A stretch of DNA of 64,000 bases. Source: Rubripirellula sp. Lineage in GTDB: Bacteria > Planctomycetota > Planctomycetia > Pirellulales > Pirellulaceae. The notes beneath the pieces are model-generated. The model did not search any database, had not been told where the DNA came from, and saw only the letters and a program-made list of their open reading frames with translations. The stretch covers positions 686,041 to 750,040 of the forward strand of contig CBDCUW010000004.1 in the NCBI GenBank assembly GCA_965222745.1. The letters run 5' to 3'. A program made the translations under genes and the position numbers. This document shows positions 49,453 through 59,245 of the stretch, piece by piece. How positions within the stretch are numbered: the stretch's first letter is position 1; each line of letters starts with the position of its first letter.

Positions 49453-51057
49453 CTAAGAATCGATTTCGACTCGTTCGCCCGCCGAATCGCGGCAATCCAT
49501 GTCGAGGTGTTCCGGGAACAGTCCTTCGCTGCCGAGGATTTGGACGGACATCTTTCCGGCGTCTTCCATTTCCATCACTTCTCGCCGTTTCTTGTTGTTC
49601 AGGTGCGCGGCGACGGCATCGTTGACTCGAACGGTGACTCGTTTGATGTGTTCGTTCTTGACCGCGAGCGCCAACATGCGGACCACTTCGATCGACATGC
49701 TTTCGGCGGTTTTGACCAGTCCGCGGCCGTCGCAACAGGGGCAGTCGCGATAGATGCTTCGCTTCAAGCTGGGGCGAATCCGTTGGCGGGTCATTTCAAT
49801 TAGCCCGAAGGGACTGGTGCGCAAGATCTTGGTTCGCGCGCGGTCGTTGGCCATCGCGTCGCGTAGCGCCCGTTCGACCTTTCGCCGATGGCTTTCCTTG
49901 CGCATGTCGATGAAGTCGTTGACGATCACTCCGCCCAGGTCACGCAGCCTCAACTGCCGAGCGATCTCTTTGGCGGCGGCCAGATTGAGACGAAACGCGT
50001 TTTCTTCGGCCGAGTCGTTCCCGCGGAAGTTTCCGCTGTTGACGTCGATCGCGACCAGCGCCTCGGTGGGATCAATGACGATCGATCCCCCTTCCTTCAA
50101 TTTCACTTGCCGCTGGTTGATCTTGATGATCTCGTCTTCCAAGCGGTACTTGTGAAACAGCGGTTCGCGGCCGTCATAAAGCTTCAACCGGTCGACGACG
50201 CGCGGCATGACCATTTTCAAGAAGTCACGCGCCTTTTCATACGACTCCGGCTGGTCGATCAGGATCTGGTCGATATCGTCGCTGTAGATGTCGCGGATGG
50301 TGCGAATGATCAAATCGCTTTCTTCGTAGATCACCCCCGGTTGCTGAGTATTCTTGACGCGGCGAACGATCGCTTTCCACAACCGCAGCAGGTATTCCAT
50401 GTCGCGCTGCAGCGCCGCTTCTTTTCGTCCGGCCCCGGCGGTGCGAACGATGAAACCGAGTCCCTTGGGCGGGTTGAGCGACAGCAGGCAACGTTTGAGC
50501 CGTTTGCGATCATCCTCGTCCTCGATTTTGCGGCTGACGCCGACGCGAGCCAAAGCGGGCATCAACACCAGGTAGCGGCCGGGAATGGAGATGTAAGTGC
50601 TAAGCGTCGGCCCCTTGGTACCGATCCCTTCTTTGATGACTTGAACCAGAACCTCGTCACCGCGTCGAAAGATCTCTTGGATCGGCGGTTTGACTCGCGG
50701 GCGTCCACCCTTGAAGGCACGTTTTCCGCCGCGTCCCGATTCGCGTGCTCGGCGAGCGGCTGCTTCCGCCATCTCGTCCGATTCACGCATGATTTCTTCA
50801 GGGTCATAACCACCCTGGCGAAAGTATTGCGGTTCGACGTCGCTGATGTGCAAGAAACCGTTTCGGCCGACGCCAAAATCGACAAACGCCGCCTGGATAC
50901 TCGGTTCCAAATTGACGACTTTTCCCCGATAAATATTTCCCGCGAACGCTTCCACGCTCTTGCGTTCGATGTACAGCTCGTCAAGCCGCCGGTCTTCCAA
51001 AACCGCGATCCGGCTTTCTTCGGGCTGCAACACATTGATCAACATTTCTTTCTTCAT
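49453..51057 (-). CDS. rng: Ribonuclease E/G family protein
   Basis: MKKEMLINVLQPEESRIAVLEDRRLDELYIERKSVEAFAGNIYRGKVVNLEPSIQAAFVDFGVGRNGFLHISDV is collinear with the RNase G/E S1 N-terminus. Start set at this internal Met of the longer ORF. Confidence 0.85.
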   Translation of the reverse strand: MKKEMLINVLQPEESRIAVLEDRRLDELYIERKSVEAFAGNIYRGKVVNLEPSIQAAFVDFGVGRNGFLHISDVEPQYFRQGGYDPEEIMRESDEMAEAAARRARESGRGGKRAFKGGRPRVKPPIQEIFRRGDEVLVQVIKEGIGTKGPTLSTYISIPGRYLVLMPALARVGVSRKIEDEDDRKRLKRCLLSLNPPKGLGFIVRTAGAGRKEAALQRDMEYLLRLWKAIVRRVKNTQQPGVIYEESDLIIRTIRDIYSDDIDQILIDQPESYEKARDFLKMVMPRVVDRLKLYDGREPLFHKYRLEDEIIKINQRQVKLKEGGSIVIDPTEALVAIDVNSGNFRGNDSAEENAFRLNLAAAKEIARQLRLRDLGGVIVNDFIDMRKESHRRKVERALRDAMANDRARTKILRTSPFGLIEMTRQRIRPSLKRSIYRDCPCCDGRGLVKTAESMSIEVVRMLALAVKNEHIKRVTVRVNDAVAAHLNNKKRREVMEMEDAGKMSVQILGSEGLFPEHLDMDCRDSAGERVEIDS

Positions 51058-51161
51058 TGAAAAGCACCTCTTCCGGGTGTTGGGCCAGCTTGATGCGAGC
51101 AACAATCGCTGCTGCATGGACGCCGGCGTAGTCAGTGTTCGGTTGGTAGCGGCGGTCAGCG

Positions 51162-51923
51162 CTATGCATCGCGATCCTCCGCTGAAATGGTTTCTGCAGT
51201 CGCGACCCACTGCGGGTCGTCGCTTTCCAGTTCGCGCTGCAGCACAACCTGTGTTCGAGCGATCATCGCTCCTTTTTCAATCCAGTCGCCGATCCCCAGC
51301 AAGTCCAAAACGTCACCGGGACGAAGCGAAGCGGATTGGGCCGCGGCAAGCGACAGGTGGAGCTTGCCGTCGCCGATCCGCAGCTGGGGAATCTGCGCGG
51401 CGACATCGACGGTGAGCGTCTTGCCTTTGCGAATCACCGAGACCGTCTGCTCGGCGAGCAAACGGTCGATCGACTGCTCGATCGCGGCAATGTCGGCCGA
51501 TTCGATGATCGAGATCTCATAGTCGCTTCGCATCAGCTGCGCCTTGCCAAATCGGTCGGGAAGACGCTGGACACTGATGATCGACAAGCCCGGTTGGTTG
51601 TCGCTGGCCAGGCGGTCCAGCAGCTGGGCGGGCGAAAGTTCCTCGGCCAGTTCCAATTCGACGACTTCGTCCCAGCCGTCCACGCCCAGGGCCAGGGCGG
51701 AGGGAAATCCGATCCGCGGCTTGGGGTGAAACCCTTCGGTCATCGACAACTTCAACGAAGCGCGTCGCACCAATCGTTCCCACAGCCGGGCCAGATCGCG
51801 ATGGCTGATCCAGCGCAACAAATCGGTCTTCGAAAAGCGGATCCGGTAGCGCAGGCGAAGCGCGGCTGGTGGAGAGCCGGCTGCTTGCTGCTTGCTGGGG
51901 AGGGGCGCTTCGGTCACGGACAT
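51162..51923 (-). CDS. TIGR03936/DUF2344-family protein (radical-SAM-linked, typically adjacent to rng/rne)
   Basis: RLRYRIRFSKTDLLRWISHRDLARLWERLVRRASLKLSMTEGFHPKPRI matches the DUF2344 N-terminal block as I recall it. It is encoded immediately upstream of the RNase E/G gene. Confidence 0.55.
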   Translation of the reverse strand: MSVTEAPLPSKQQAAGSPPAALRLRYRIRFSKTDLLRWISHRDLARLWERLVRRASLKLSMTEGFHPKPRIGFPSALALGVDGWDEVVELELAEELSPAQLLDRLASDNQPGLSIISVQRLPDRFGKAQLMRSDYEISIIESADIAAIEQSIDRLLAEQTVSVIRKGKTLTVDVAAQIPQLRIGDGKLHLSLAAAQSASLRPGDVLDLLGIGDWIEKGAMIARTQVVLQRELESDDPQWVATAETISAEDRDA

Positions 51924-51942
51924 GGGGAACAGGGGAGGGGAA

Positions 51943-53688
51943 TTAGTTGACGATCAGCTCCGGTGCTAGGTCTCCGAGTCGGTCTAACAAATACATATCG
52001 ACGTCGCGGGCCGCTTCCAGCTTCATCACCCGATCGGCAATCTGGCGACACTGCTCGATCGACACACTTCGAATGGCCTTTTTGACTCGCGGCAATGCCG
52101 ACGGCGGGACGCTCAGGTTGCGAACGCCCAGACCCAACAGCAACAACGCCCTGCCCGGATTGCTGCTCATCTCACCGCATACCGCGATCGGCGTCTCGCT
52201 GGCATCGGCAACTTCTACGCTTTGCTGAATCAATCTCAGCACCGCCGGATCACTCGATTGATACAGATCGGCGACGTATTCGTTACTGCGGTCCACCGCC
52301 AGGGTGTACTGCGCCAGGTCGTTGGTGCCGATGCTCAGGAAATCAACCTCGCGGGCAAAATATTCCAGCATCACGACCGCCGCGGGCACTTCGACCATCA
52401 TTCCTACTGGAATATCACTGCGGAAGTCGATTCCAGCTTCGCCAAGATCCTCGGCGACCACCTTCAACAACATTCTTGCCTGCCGCAATTCCGCAATCGT
52501 GGTGATCAACGGAAACATGATTCGAATATCGCCGTGAACCGCCGCCCGCAGCACTGCCCTTAGTTGAGGACGAAACAGGTCAAGATTGCGCAGCGACAAG
52601 CGGATACTTCGCAATCCCAAGAAGGGGTTGTGTTCGTTTTCTGCTAGCGGCCGATGCCCCATCTTGTCGGCACCCAGATCGAGTGTGCGGATCACGACGG
52701 GGCGGCCGTTCATTTCCTGGACGACTTGGCTGTAGGCCCGGTAGTGATCTTCCTCGCTGGGCTCTTCGCTGCTGGCCAGATACAGAAACTCGGTGCGGTA
52801 CAGCCCGATTCCATCGGCACCATGCTGCAAACAGGACGCCGTCTCGTGAGGAAACTCGATGTTGGCGCTCAACCGGATCCGCACGCCATCGGCCGTTTCG
52901 GCGGGCAGGTCACGCAGTTCGGCCAGTCGAGCGGTCAACGATCGGCGTTGTTCGAGCCGTTTCTGATAGCTTTCCAAAGTCGCGTCATCGGGATCGATGA
53001 TGACTTTGCCACGATCGCCGTCGACGATCACTCGCGCCGAACCGCCGACCGAATCAAGAAACGCGCCGATTCCGACCACGGCCGGCAATTCCAACCCCTT
53101 GGCAACGATCGCCGTGTGGCCGCCCGGACCGCCGGTTTCGGTGCAAAAACCGCGGACGTAACGACGATCCAAATTCGCCGTCTCACTGGGAGTCAGCTCG
53201 TGCGACAACACGATCACCGGTTCGGTCAAATCGGACAGCGGTTGCCGGGTCACCGCGCCAAGTTGCAACAGCAACTGCTTTTCGATGTCCAAGACATCTT
53301 GGGCACGGTCGGCAAACAGCGGATTGTCCAACCGGCGGAACGAGGCGGCGAAATTGTGCAACACTCGGCTGACCGCATAGGCAGCGGAATGATTCTGTTG
53401 GCGAATGCGGCGACCCAGTTCCGCATGCAGATAAGGATCGTGCAGCATCTGCAGCTGGGCAGCGAAAATGTCACCGGTATGTTCGCCCGCCACAGCGGCG
53501 GTTTCCAACCGATGTTGTTCCAGCTTTTTGGAGACTTCGTCGACCGCATCGCGCAAGCGCGCGTATTCGTTTTCCGCGTCTTCGGCGGCTACGATGCAGC
53601 GGGGAATTCGATAACCATCGGCGTCCAGCACTAATGCTGGACCGATAGCGACTCCCGGCGAGACAGGAATGCCTTGCAGTTCGACCAT
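51943..53688 (-). CDS. ptsI: Phosphoenolpyruvate-protein phosphotransferase (PTS enzyme I)
   Basis: Phosphohistidine region GGPGGHTAIVAKGLELPAVVG and PEP-utilising blocks IRTLDLGADK and NDLAQYTLAVDR are present. Confidence 0.9.
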   Translation of the reverse strand: MVELQGIPVSPGVAIGPALVLDADGYRIPRCIVAAEDAENEYARLRDAVDEVSKKLEQHRLETAAVAGEHTGDIFAAQLQMLHDPYLHAELGRRIRQQNHSAAYAVSRVLHNFAASFRRLDNPLFADRAQDVLDIEKQLLLQLGAVTRQPLSDLTEPVIVLSHELTPSETANLDRRYVRGFCTETGGPGGHTAIVAKGLELPAVVGIGAFLDSVGGSARVIVDGDRGKVIIDPDDATLESYQKRLEQRRSLTARLAELRDLPAETADGVRIRLSANIEFPHETASCLQHGADGIGLYRTEFLYLASSEEPSEEDHYRAYSQVVQEMNGRPVVIRTLDLGADKMGHRPLAENEHNPFLGLRSIRLSLRNLDLFRPQLRAVLRAAVHGDIRIMFPLITTIAELRQARMLLKVVAEDLGEAGIDFRSDIPVGMMVEVPAAVVMLEYFAREVDFLSIGTNDLAQYTLAVDRSNEYVADLYQSSDPAVLRLIQQSVEVADASETPIAVCGEMSSNPGRALLLLGLGVRNLSVPPSALPRVKKAIRSVSIEQCRQIADRVMKLEAARDVDMYLLDRLGDLAPELIVN

Positions 53689-53993
53689 CGTCGGGCGAGG
53701 GATCGAACTTCACGGTCGAAGCGGACCATGGTGACGACCGAGGTGGCTCGGCAATCGCCCGGTTCGTCCAACAAGGGCGGCGGCTCGGCCAGCCCAAGAG
53801 TTGTGAAACGATCCATCAAATTTTTTTGTATGGGTTTTGGGTGTGATGAGGTGCGTGAAGTGCAGCGGTGACACCTAGGACAGGGTCCGCCTCCCGGCGT
53901 TCGGGACCGTTCGCTTCACAAACGCGTCGGCTGCGCTTGGTCAATCGAAGGTCTTGCACCTTCGACTGGCCGGTGGAATCGGTCCACCTTGGT

Positions 53994-54299
53994 TCAGCGT
54001 CCGTCCGCGCCTTGCACCTCATTGGATTCGTCAAAACCCGCTTCGAACAATTCACTGATCGATTGAAGAGCTTCAGCGGCGTCGCTCCCTTCGGCTGAAA
54101 GAGACAGTTCGGTTCCCTGAGCGGCACCGAGTGTCAACAGCTTCAGGATGCTCTTGCAATCCACCAATTCGCCATTCGATCCAATCAGAATCGTCGACTC
54201 GAACTTGCTGGCCAATCGGACCAGCAAATCAGCCGGGCGCGCATGCAACCCTTGCGGATTGCGTACGGTCACTGTTCGGGTAAGCGGGGAAGTACTCAT
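53994..54299 (-). CDS. ptsH: Phosphocarrier protein HPr/NPr
   Basis: TVTVRNPQGLHARPADLLV contains the active-site His region of HPr. Confidence 0.8.
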   Translation of the reverse strand: MSTSPLTRTVTVRNPQGLHARPADLLVRLASKFESTILIGSNGELVDCKSILKLLTLGAAQGTELSLSAEGSDAAEALQSISELFEAGFDESNEVQGADGR

Positions 54300-54778
54300 T
54301 AGCCAGAAACAAACTGGTTGTCGTCGGCCTCTTGGAGCAACTGGTTGATGTCCTCGGCAGTCTTACTCTGCTTGAGGAACCGGCAGAACGTTTCGTCTCG
54401 CAATTGCCGCGAGATATTTTCGAGGGCCCGCAAGTGATCGCCTGGACGTTCGGGTGGGCTGATCAGCAGGAAGAACAGCTGTACCCGTTCGCCATCGAGC
54501 GAATCGAAGTCGACGCCTTCGGTGCTGACACCGACCGTGCCGACCAGCTTCTGGACGCTGGGATGTTTGGTGTGAGGAACGGCCACACCGCGGCCGATCC
54601 CTGTGCTGCCAAGCTCTTCACGCTTCATGATCGCTGCGATGATGTCCTCGCGTTGGTCGGCATCAATTTGACCCGAATCCAACAACGATTGGACCAGCTC
54701 TTCGATCACCGCGTCTTTGGACGCGGCTTGCAAATCTGCGCGAATGGCTTCGGTGTTGATAAAGTCTGCGAACTTCAT
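54299..54778 (-). CDS. ptsN: PTS IIA-like nitrogen regulatory protein (EIIA-Ntr)
   Basis: [19 protein letters not shown] is the EIIA(Fru/Ntr) active-site His block. 159 aa. Confidence 0.8.
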   Translation of the reverse strand: MKFADFINTEAIRADLQAASKDAVIEELVQSLLDSGQIDADQREDIIAAIMKREELGSTGIGRGVAVPHTKHPSVQKLVGTVGVSTEGVDFDSLDGERVQLFFLLISPPERPGDHLRALENISRQLRDETFCRFLKQSKTAEDINQLLQEADDNQFVSG

Positions 54779-55013
54779 TGGGGTGCGATTCCTTGTGATG
54801 AATCAAGGTGTGAAATCACCCGCCCGTGGAAGCGGAATCCGGATTCGATCTCTGGCCGAAACGGCGAAACATTCCTGCGTCGCTTGATCCGATCCATTGC
54901 GTCCGAGGCAAAACGCGTCGATCACAATCGTCACCAGAATGGCCGGTTGTCTCCCACTATGTGGGCGGTGGTCACTGGGATGCCAAGGCGTGACTTGTCA
55001 GCGGTTGGCAAAG

Positions 55014-55358
55014 TCAGTCTTCGTCCGCAGCGACCTGCGTGTCCATGTGTTTGTGTCCTGTGGCTCGGTGGCCGGTTTTTTTCTCTTTCAAACGCCGCAA
55101 CTGCTGCTCGACCTTGGGGATTGCCGCGTCAAGTGCGGCAAGCACCGTGGTCGATTCCGCCGTCGCGACGCAATCTTCGGCCTCCTCGGCCGAAACACGA
55201 ATTTCAACGGAAGGTTTGTCCAAGTGTTCCAGGTTGAACGTCACCTCAATGGCGTTGATGCGATCATAAAGTCGACGAAGCTTCTCTGATTTTTCTACAA
55301 TGAACTGTTGATCGCCCGGCTGCAGATTGCCGTGACGCGCCGAGACGCTGACCTGCAT
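55014..55358 (-). CDS. hpf: Ribosome hibernation promoting factor (RaiA/HPF family)
   Basis: MQVSVSARHGNLQPGDQQFIVEKSEKLRRLYDRINAIEVTF matches HPF/sigma-54 modulation protein. Start set at this internal Met of the longer ORF. Confidence 0.8.
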   Translation of the reverse strand: MQVSVSARHGNLQPGDQQFIVEKSEKLRRLYDRINAIEVTFNLEHLDKPSVEIRVSAEEAEDCVATAESTTVLAALDAAIPKVEQQLRRLKEKKTGHRATGHKHMDTQVAADED

Positions 55359-55785
55359 GCTGTAACTCTCCCTCCGATGTTTTTGGGCCAAACCGACCCG
55401 GAACCAAACGTCCAGCATAGGCGACAAGCCGCCTCACGAATAGCGATCCTTTGCAGAACTTCGACTTGCAGTGATTTACGCCGATTTGAGCATCCGACAG
55501 CAGGGTGTGGGGGGCGAATCACCCCGTTGTCAGCCTGCAGAGGCTGGGGCTTTCCGGTAGCCAAACTCGCCAAGAGTTTCGGCGGATCGCAATTCACCAA
55601 AAGTCTTGGCGAGTTTCGCTACCGCCTGAGAAGCGGTTTTTCCAAATTTAGCGGGCAAAAGGCATGAACTCTCACAAATGAAGGCACTCCGGTTTGCCTC
55701 CCCTGACAGAATTCTTCCAACCGTGGTAACCTGCTGCCAACAGAGTGATTTTCGCATTTCTTCCACCTAACCCCCTGTTCGTTTC

Positions 55786-56088
55786 ATGGCCCGAAAGGTC
55801 GTCAGTCGCAAGGCAAAGGCCGCCGAGGCCGAGGCAGCAGAAAAACTGGCAAAGGTAAAGAAAAAAAAGGCTGCTAAGAAGAAAACCACTAAGCGGAAAA
55901 CGAAAAAAGAAGCGGGTTCCGTCCGCTTGAAACTCTATTGGGGTGTTTTTAGCCAGAACCTTAAACGGGTCGCCGTCTTCGAGTTTGACCAGAAGAAAGA
56001 GGCCCAAAAGCGAGCCACCGAGCTGAGCAAGGGAGGAAAATCTCCTCACTTCATCCAGAAGGTCAAAGAAGAAATCAAACCGGAGTGA
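55786..56088 (+). CDS. Lysine/alanine-rich small basic protein (histone H1-like N-terminal tail), hypothetical
   Basis: 100 aa. The first ~45 residues are KKAAKK-type low-complexity basic repeats and the C-terminal half is conserved-looking. Confidence 0.4.
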   Translation: MARKVVSRKAKAAEAEAAEKLAKVKKKKAAKKKTTKRKTKKEAGSVRLKLYWGVFSQNLKRVAVFEFDQKKEAQKRATELSKGGKSPHFIQKVKEEIKPE

Positions 56089-56918
56089 TGAACACCCGAT
56101 CAGGATTTCGTCGGCCAGCCTTGGCAGCCGGGATCGCGGTAGCAGTGATTTCCATGACAGCTGGCGGGCAAGATCCAAAACCGGCCAGCGAACAGGAAAC
56201 TTCTTGGCGGTCGGCATACGAATCGGCCACCTTCCAGTCGGAATCGGGCCAGACGCTTCCTTACCGGATGCTTCGGCCAGTGGCGCCGGACTCGGGGCAG
56301 CGTTATCCGCTGGTTCTGTTTTTACATGGCGCCGGTGAACGGGGCGATGACAACGAAAAACAGTTGGTACACGCCGCCGAAGAATTTGCTCGCCCCCAAC
56401 GACGCCAGAAGTATCCCGCCTTTGTTGTTTTTCCCCAATGTCCCGCCGATCTGCGCTGGGTTGAATCGGATTGGAACCTGCCGAGCGGACGCGGACAGAT
56501 TCCGGAAGAACCATCGGTAACGATGAAGCTGGTGTTGGAATTGGTCGACAAGCTGATCGAAACGCAGCCGGTTGACCGACGCCGAGTCTACGTCACGGGG
56601 TTATCGATGGGCGGCCAAGGTGCATGGTTCGCCGCTGCTGCCCGGCCCCAGCGGTTTGCAGCTCTGCTGGAAGTCTGTGGCGGTTGTGATCCCGATTGGG
56701 CGCCGCGCTATGCCGGTGTTCCGATTTGGGCATTCCACGGACAGGAGGACACCGTCGTTCCGGTCTCTCGCGGCAGAGAGATGATCAGTGCTTTGGTTCA
56801 GGCAGGCCATTTTCCCGATCTGCGGTACGTGGAATATCCCGGCGTCAAGCACAACAGCTGGACGCAAACGTACGCTCGCGATGACGTGTTCCAGTGGCTG
56901 TTCTCTCAACGCAAATGA
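56085..56918 (+). CDS. Secreted alpha/beta-hydrolase esterase (dienelactone hydrolase / PHB-depolymerase-like)
   Basis: Signal peptide, LVLFLHGAGERGDDNE, and the nucleophile elbow VTGLSMGG (GxSxG). Confidence 0.65.
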   Translation: MMNTRSGFRRPALAAGIAVAVISMTAGGQDPKPASEQETSWRSAYESATFQSESGQTLPYRMLRPVAPDSGQRYPLVLFLHGAGERGDDNEKQLVHAAEEFARPQRRQKYPAFVVFPQCPADLRWVESDWNLPSGRGQIPEEPSVTMKLVLELVDKLIETQPVDRRRVYVTGLSMGGQGAWFAAAARPQRFAALLEVCGGCDPDWAPRYAGVPIWAFHGQEDTVVPVSRGREMISALVQAGHFPDLRYVEYPGVKHNSWTQTYARDDVFQWLFSQRK

Positions 56919-56930
56919 CGGAGTGGGCTG

Positions 56931-57995
56931 GTGAATGCGGCTGCCGCCGATGGCCAACGGCGAATATCGGTCGAACCAGGTTCGACCAGCCGGTTTCGGT
57001 CCCCTGCGCCCTGGAAATCACCAGCCGCCGTCTGGCTAGCCTGGCCGCACAACCGTGAAACGTGGCCCGACCGCTTTGACGCCATTCCAAAATTCTTTCG
57101 CCGCTGGGTGGAGTTGATCGCCGAATCGACCCCGGTGCGAGTTCTGGCTTCCGGCCAAGCGATGGAGTCGGCTCGGTCGATGATCGGATCGATCAATAAC
57201 GTTGAACTCGTCGACATTCCCACCAACGATTGTTGGATCCGCGATTTCGGTCCCACCTTTATCTTCCCCCAAGAAGGTGATGCGGTCGAAGCGGTCCATT
57301 GGCGATACAACGCCTGGGGCGGCAAGTATCCACCGTGGGATTTAGATCAAGCGGCAACTCCGGCGCTCTGCGCCCACGCAAACATTCCGTGTCACACCAG
57401 CGAATTGTGTTTGGAAGGGGGCGCGATCGAAACGGATGGTTCGGGCCGGTTGCTGACCACGCCAGGTTGCTTGGTCACCGCGACCCGCAATCCAGGTTGG
57501 TCGGCCGACGACGTGGCGCGAGAGTTGTATCGCTGGTTGGGAGTCGAAGAGATCCTTTGGCTCGATGGTGGGCCTCTGGAGGGCGACGACACCGACGGAC
57601 ACATCGACCAGCTGGCTCGTTTTATCAACTCGGAAAACATCGTGGCAGCAGTTTGTGACGACCACAGCGATCCGAATCACCCTCGCCTGGAAGACAACTA
57701 CCGGCAACTTCATCTGTGGGGCGACGTGACCTCGCCTCACGTTCAAACCCACCGACTGCCGATTCCGCCGGCCCGCCACGTCCATGGCCAACGTGTTCCC
57801 GAAAGTTATTGCAACTTCCAGTGGCTGGGACGCGACCGATTGCTTGTCCCGACATTCGACGCTCCCTCCGACGACGCGGCGCTGGGCCTGCTGAAAGAGC
57901 TGACCGGAGCCGACGTGGTCGGTGTTGACTGCCGCGATCTGGTTTGGGGACTGGGGGCTCTGCATTGTGCTAGCACGGAGCAACCGGCGGGATAG
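56931..57995 (+). CDS. aguA: Agmatine deiminase family protein (PAD_porph)
   Basis: WLAWPHNRETW, TNDCWIRDFGPTF, DGHIDQLARFI and the C-terminal catalytic Cys context GALHCAS match the agmatine deiminase family. The exact start is uncertain. Confidence 0.7.
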   Translation: MNAAAADGQRRISVEPGSTSRFRSPAPWKSPAAVWLAWPHNRETWPDRFDAIPKFFRRWVELIAESTPVRVLASGQAMESARSMIGSINNVELVDIPTNDCWIRDFGPTFIFPQEGDAVEAVHWRYNAWGGKYPPWDLDQAATPALCAHANIPCHTSELCLEGGAIETDGSGRLLTTPGCLVTATRNPGWSADDVARELYRWLGVEEILWLDGGPLEGDDTDGHIDQLARFINSENIVAAVCDDHSDPNHPRLEDNYRQLHLWGDVTSPHVQTHRLPIPPARHVHGQRVPESYCNFQWLGRDRLLVPTFDAPSDDAALGLLKELTGADVVGVDCRDLVWGLGALHCASTEQPAG

Positions 57996-58156
57996 CCGAT
58001 CGGTGGCAGTCTGTCGGCCAGTTCTCCGAACTGGCTGCGCGTAGCGACTTTGGAAAAGTCGCCGACGGAACTGGCCTTGCGACCAAGTGTGGGCAGCTCC
58101 TACTTTCCGAAACACTGGCTGTCGATGCGCCGTCATTCAATCCAAGAGCCCCGCAG

Positions 58157-59014
58157 ATGTATTCTGTGCCCCCACGATCGATCGCACCTCATTGGCTGCT
58201 TTTGTTGGCAAGCTCGCTGATGGGGATTGTCGTCGCGCCGGGTTGCAGCCGCAATCCGTACTACGCGGCCCCTGGAGGCGCTGCCTGGCAGGTGCCGGCG
58301 ACCGCATCGGTCAACTCCAATGATGCGGTCGTGGCGGAACTGAATCGTCGCGTCCAACTGCTGGACGACAACAACCGACAACTGACAACGCAGCTGGCTC
58401 AAAGCGAACAGCAGTCGCAAGTTTATCGCGACGAAAACGAACTGTATCGCAAGCAACTTGCCGACATGACGGCGCAACTGGAATCGGCTACCTCGCTGGC
58501 CCGCAATGCCCAGGATCAGGTACGTGGCTTTCAAGCGTCGTCCCGTGTTCGCGGCGGCGCGTCGATTCAAGCCAACACCAACCTGGGGCAACTTGCCGCT
58601 CGGTTGAATCTCGGCGGCCTGGCGGCGGAACAAGATGGCGAGGTGGTGCGGATCCTCATTCCTGCCGATCGTCTGTTTCAACCCGGTTCTGCTCAGTTGC
58701 AACCCCAGGCAACCGCCGTGTTGGATCCTCTTTCGGCACAACTCAAAAGCGTTTTTGCTCGGCAACGAATCGGCATCGAAGGCTACACCGACAATGCACC
58801 GCTGTACGGTGGAGCGGCGGGGACAAGTCATCAGCTTGCCGCGATGCAGGCGGCTGCCGTGCTCGACCTGCTGACTCGCCGGGCTGGCATGCCGGCCCAA
58901 CAGCTGTTCACGGTTGCTCAAGGCGCCAACAACCCGCGGCAAGACAACGCAACGCCAGCCGGCCGGGCCGCCAACCGCCGCATCGAATTGGTGATCTACC
59001 CCGACACCTTCTAG
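58157..59014 (+). CDS. OmpA/MotB-domain lipoprotein with coiled-coil linker
   Basis: Lipobox VVAPGCS. A Q-rich coiled coil precedes a C-terminal OmpA-like domain (GYTDNAPL...NRRIELVIYP). Confidence 0.7.
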   Translation: MYSVPPRSIAPHWLLLLASSLMGIVVAPGCSRNPYYAAPGGAAWQVPATASVNSNDAVVAELNRRVQLLDDNNRQLTTQLAQSEQQSQVYRDENELYRKQLADMTAQLESATSLARNAQDQVRGFQASSRVRGGASIQANTNLGQLAARLNLGGLAAEQDGEVVRILIPADRLFQPGSAQLQPQATAVLDPLSAQLKSVFARQRIGIEGYTDNAPLYGGAAGTSHQLAAMQAAAVLDLLTRRAGMPAQQLFTVAQGANNPRQDNATPAGRAANRRIELVIYPDTF

Positions 59015-59015
59015 C

Positions 59016-59167
59016 CCGGATTATTCACGTAGGCCGGGCCGAGGTCGCAAAACCATGCCGTAACTGCGCAAACCGGTTTGTACTTGTGCGCAGTGTGCGC
59101 AATGAAAAAACTTCCTACAGGCGACCGAAGTTCCGGCACTGTACGGGTTTGCTTGTTACGGCCTACA
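59016..59167. repeat. Family B ~155-bp structured intergenic repeat, copy 3
   Basis: CCCGGATTATTCACGTAGGCCGGGCCGAGGTCGCAAAACCATGCCGTAACTGCGCAAACCGGTTTG...GGTTTGCTTGTTACGGCCTACAG. It begins 1 nt after the OmpA-like gene stop. The spurious ORFs 59078 and 59086 start inside it. Confidence 0.7.
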
Positions 59168-59245
59168 GAAAGCCAGCAGCGAAATGCGTGGCGAGAGAAG
59201 TTATGCTTGAGGGCTCCACTTCGCTCGCCCGCAGGAACTGTTTTT

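Noticed and set aside
53689-53993. Possible tRNA/ncRNA in the ~300-bp gap between ptsI and ptsH, and in other large gaps (24871-25057, 55428-55785)
   Set aside because: I could not trace a cloverleaf by eye (no acceptor/T-arm GTTC...GAAC pairing). A tRNAscan-SE/Infernal run is needed and no RNA gene is claimed.
56931-57995. Considered peptidyl-arginine deiminase versus agmatine deiminase
   Set aside because: Motifs WLAWPH, TNDCWIRDFGP and the C-terminal catalytic Cys context fit the agmatine deiminase family best. The exact substrate cannot be decided from sequence alone.
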